Origin: Sulfolobales archaeon HS-7
GTDB taxonomy: Archaea > Thermoproteota > Thermoprotei_A > Sulfolobales > Sulfolobaceae
Direction of reading: 5' to 3'
DNA length: 64,000 nt
Assembly (NCBI GenBank): GCA_019704295.1
Contig: AP024596.1
Span: 384,001 to 448,000, forward strand
Below the pieces are notes generated by a model, which was given only the letters and a program-made list of their open reading frames with translations, was not told the origin of the DNA and did not search any database. The translations under genes were made by a program, and so were the position numbers. Below are positions 62,568-64,000 of the stretch, piece by piece. Numbering within the stretch: position 1 is the stretch's first letter; every line of letters begins with the position of its first letter.

Positions 62568-63213
62568 AGAATTTGATAGAAGTCGCGATTTCCTAGCAAA
62601 GTATCGGTGGTTTGTCTCTCCTGAGGACTCTCCAAAATGGTGGGGGGGTTTGGATAGTCGAGATGAAATAGTAATATCCGCTATACTGGTTCAACAAACT
62701 AGATGGGAACAAGTGGAGAAAACTATATCCGAAATGAAGAGATCAGGAGTTAATGACCTGAGGAAAATAGCATCTCTGAGCGAGAAAGACCTAGACTCAA
62801 TTATAGCTAAAATAAACTTCCATAGAAGTAAGGCTAAGACGCTGATAGAGGCAGCAAGACTCTTGATTAAAAGTAATCCCTCTCGGGAAGCCCTCCTCTC
62901 GATAAAGGGTATAGGAGAGGAAACCGCTGACAGCATATTACTGTTTGGATTTAACGTGAGGACGTTGCCCATTAATTATTTTTTTAGGATTATCTTTTCT
63001 AGAATATCGGGTAAAGTAGATTCCCCTAAGTACATAAGGGATATAGTGCTAAAACAGGACTTCTCCTTATTTGAGTTGAAGCTATTATACGCTGGATTAT
63101 CGACAGTAGGAAAAGCTAATTGCAAGAGAGTTCCTGTGTGTAATACCTGTATAATTAAGAACTTGTGCAATGTTGGAACGGGAAAAGCAGATTATACTAC
63201 TATACATTTCTAA
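62524..63213 (+). CDS. HhH-GPD endonuclease III-like DNA glycosylase with Fe-S Cys motif
   Basis: AILVQQT.W, LLSIKGIGEETADSILL HhH, C-terminal C..CxxC..C. Confidence 0.88.
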   Translation: MQSKELLHRIVLLNKEFDRSRDFLAKYRWFVSPEDSPKWWGGLDSRDEIVISAILVQQTRWEQVEKTISEMKRSGVNDLRKIASLSEKDLDSIIAKINFHRSKAKTLIEAARLLIKSNPSREALLSIKGIGEETADSILLFGFNVRTLPINYFFRIIFSRISGKVDSPKYIRDIVLKQDFSLFELKLLYAGLSTVGKANCKRVPVCNTCIIKNLCNVGTGKADYTTIHF

Positions 63214-63740
63214 TTACAGGAAATATTCCCTACTGAACCCAACGTTTAGCGATCCATATCCCCATTGCAAATTCAGTTTATTTCAATGATTACGAAAAGT
63301 TTAATTCATTACTACCGTAATAACTAGGTAACGATTCACGCTTAACAATTTACTTTATTCCCTTCATATCTCATAAATTACAATTTGCAGGAGAACCTTA
63401 GATTATTAGGGTTTGCCACTAACTGTTCCCTGATAGATTAGTACCCAAAACTAGGGAAGCAAATTTCGTTCTCTTTATCTATTCATCATTTTGAGATTAG
63501 TAAATATATGCTTTGTCAAACCTTGAGGGTTAAGTGAAAATCCCTTACAGGAAAATATACAACACGCCTAACTCTCTGGAATACTAGGAATATCGCTCTG
63601 GAAGGTCTGTTATATACGAACCAGTAACCTTGGGTTTTTTTAGGTCTGACGAAGCATAATTATATCAAATTCCTCTCAATTCCGCAGATGAACAGTAAAG
63701 TGAAACTCATCTTTTTAAACTAAGAACGGAATAAGTTTCT

Positions 63741-64000
63741 ATGAAATCGTTACTCGTAATAATACTTTTATTAGGTGTGTTAGCGCCAGTTCTAGTAGCT
63801 AGTAGCCAGGCATCTGGAATGAAGTACGTTGATTACAGACTCCTAATTGGTGATAATACAAATACAGTAAATCTGAACGCAAATTTTACTTCTACCCCAT
63901 CAGGGAACCTTTACAATAATACAGTATATGTTACTGCATCAATAAAAATAGGTAACTTCTCCTCAAGTTACCACTTTACTAAGAGTCATACGTCAAATAG
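63741..64000 (+). CDS. secreted/surface protein, N-terminal part (runs off window)
   Basis: MKSLLVIILLLGVLAPVLVASSQA signal peptide, open to window end, N-x-S/T sequons. Confidence 0.75.
   Translation, partial: MKSLLVIILLLGVLAPVLVASSQASGMKYVDYRLLIGDNTNTVNLNANFTSTPSGNLYNNTVYVTASIKIGNFSSSYHFTKSHTSN

Overview
An AT-rich, gene-dense archaeal chromosome segment. Gene content (doxDA, Agl24-like glycosyltransferase, TIP49, bifunctional PGI/PMI, intron-containing tRNAs, a C/D box sRNA) points to a Sulfolobales-type crenarchaeon. Most of it is housekeeping or metabolic: cysS, malic enzyme, icd, pyk, tatA/tatC, Moco genes, transporters and two Mo-hydroxylase large subunits. It also holds two tRNA genes with 12-nt introns (Thr-GGT, Leu-CAA), a decayed tnpB with several ORF-less IS200/IS605-like remnants, and an orphan type III-like DNA methyltransferase. 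The best candidate for an undescribed system is the divergent locus at 15.6-20.1 kb. One arm encodes a DUF871/MupG (GH170)-like glycosidase, an enolase-superfamily sugar-acid dehydratase and an SDR. The other encodes a SuyAB-like sulfolactate sulfo-lyase. I infer an archaeal sulfoquinovose (N-glycan sulfosugar) salvage and desulfonation pathway with a possibly new beta-sulfoquinovosidase. Elements absent from the ORF track or not obvious from it include a 17-aa lysine-rich micro-ORF with its own TATA and SD, a C/D box guide RNA matching tRNA T-arms, and a probable SSV-type intN relic overlapping tRNA-Thr. No CRISPR array or rRNA was seen. All family assignments come from motif recognition by eye, not database searches.
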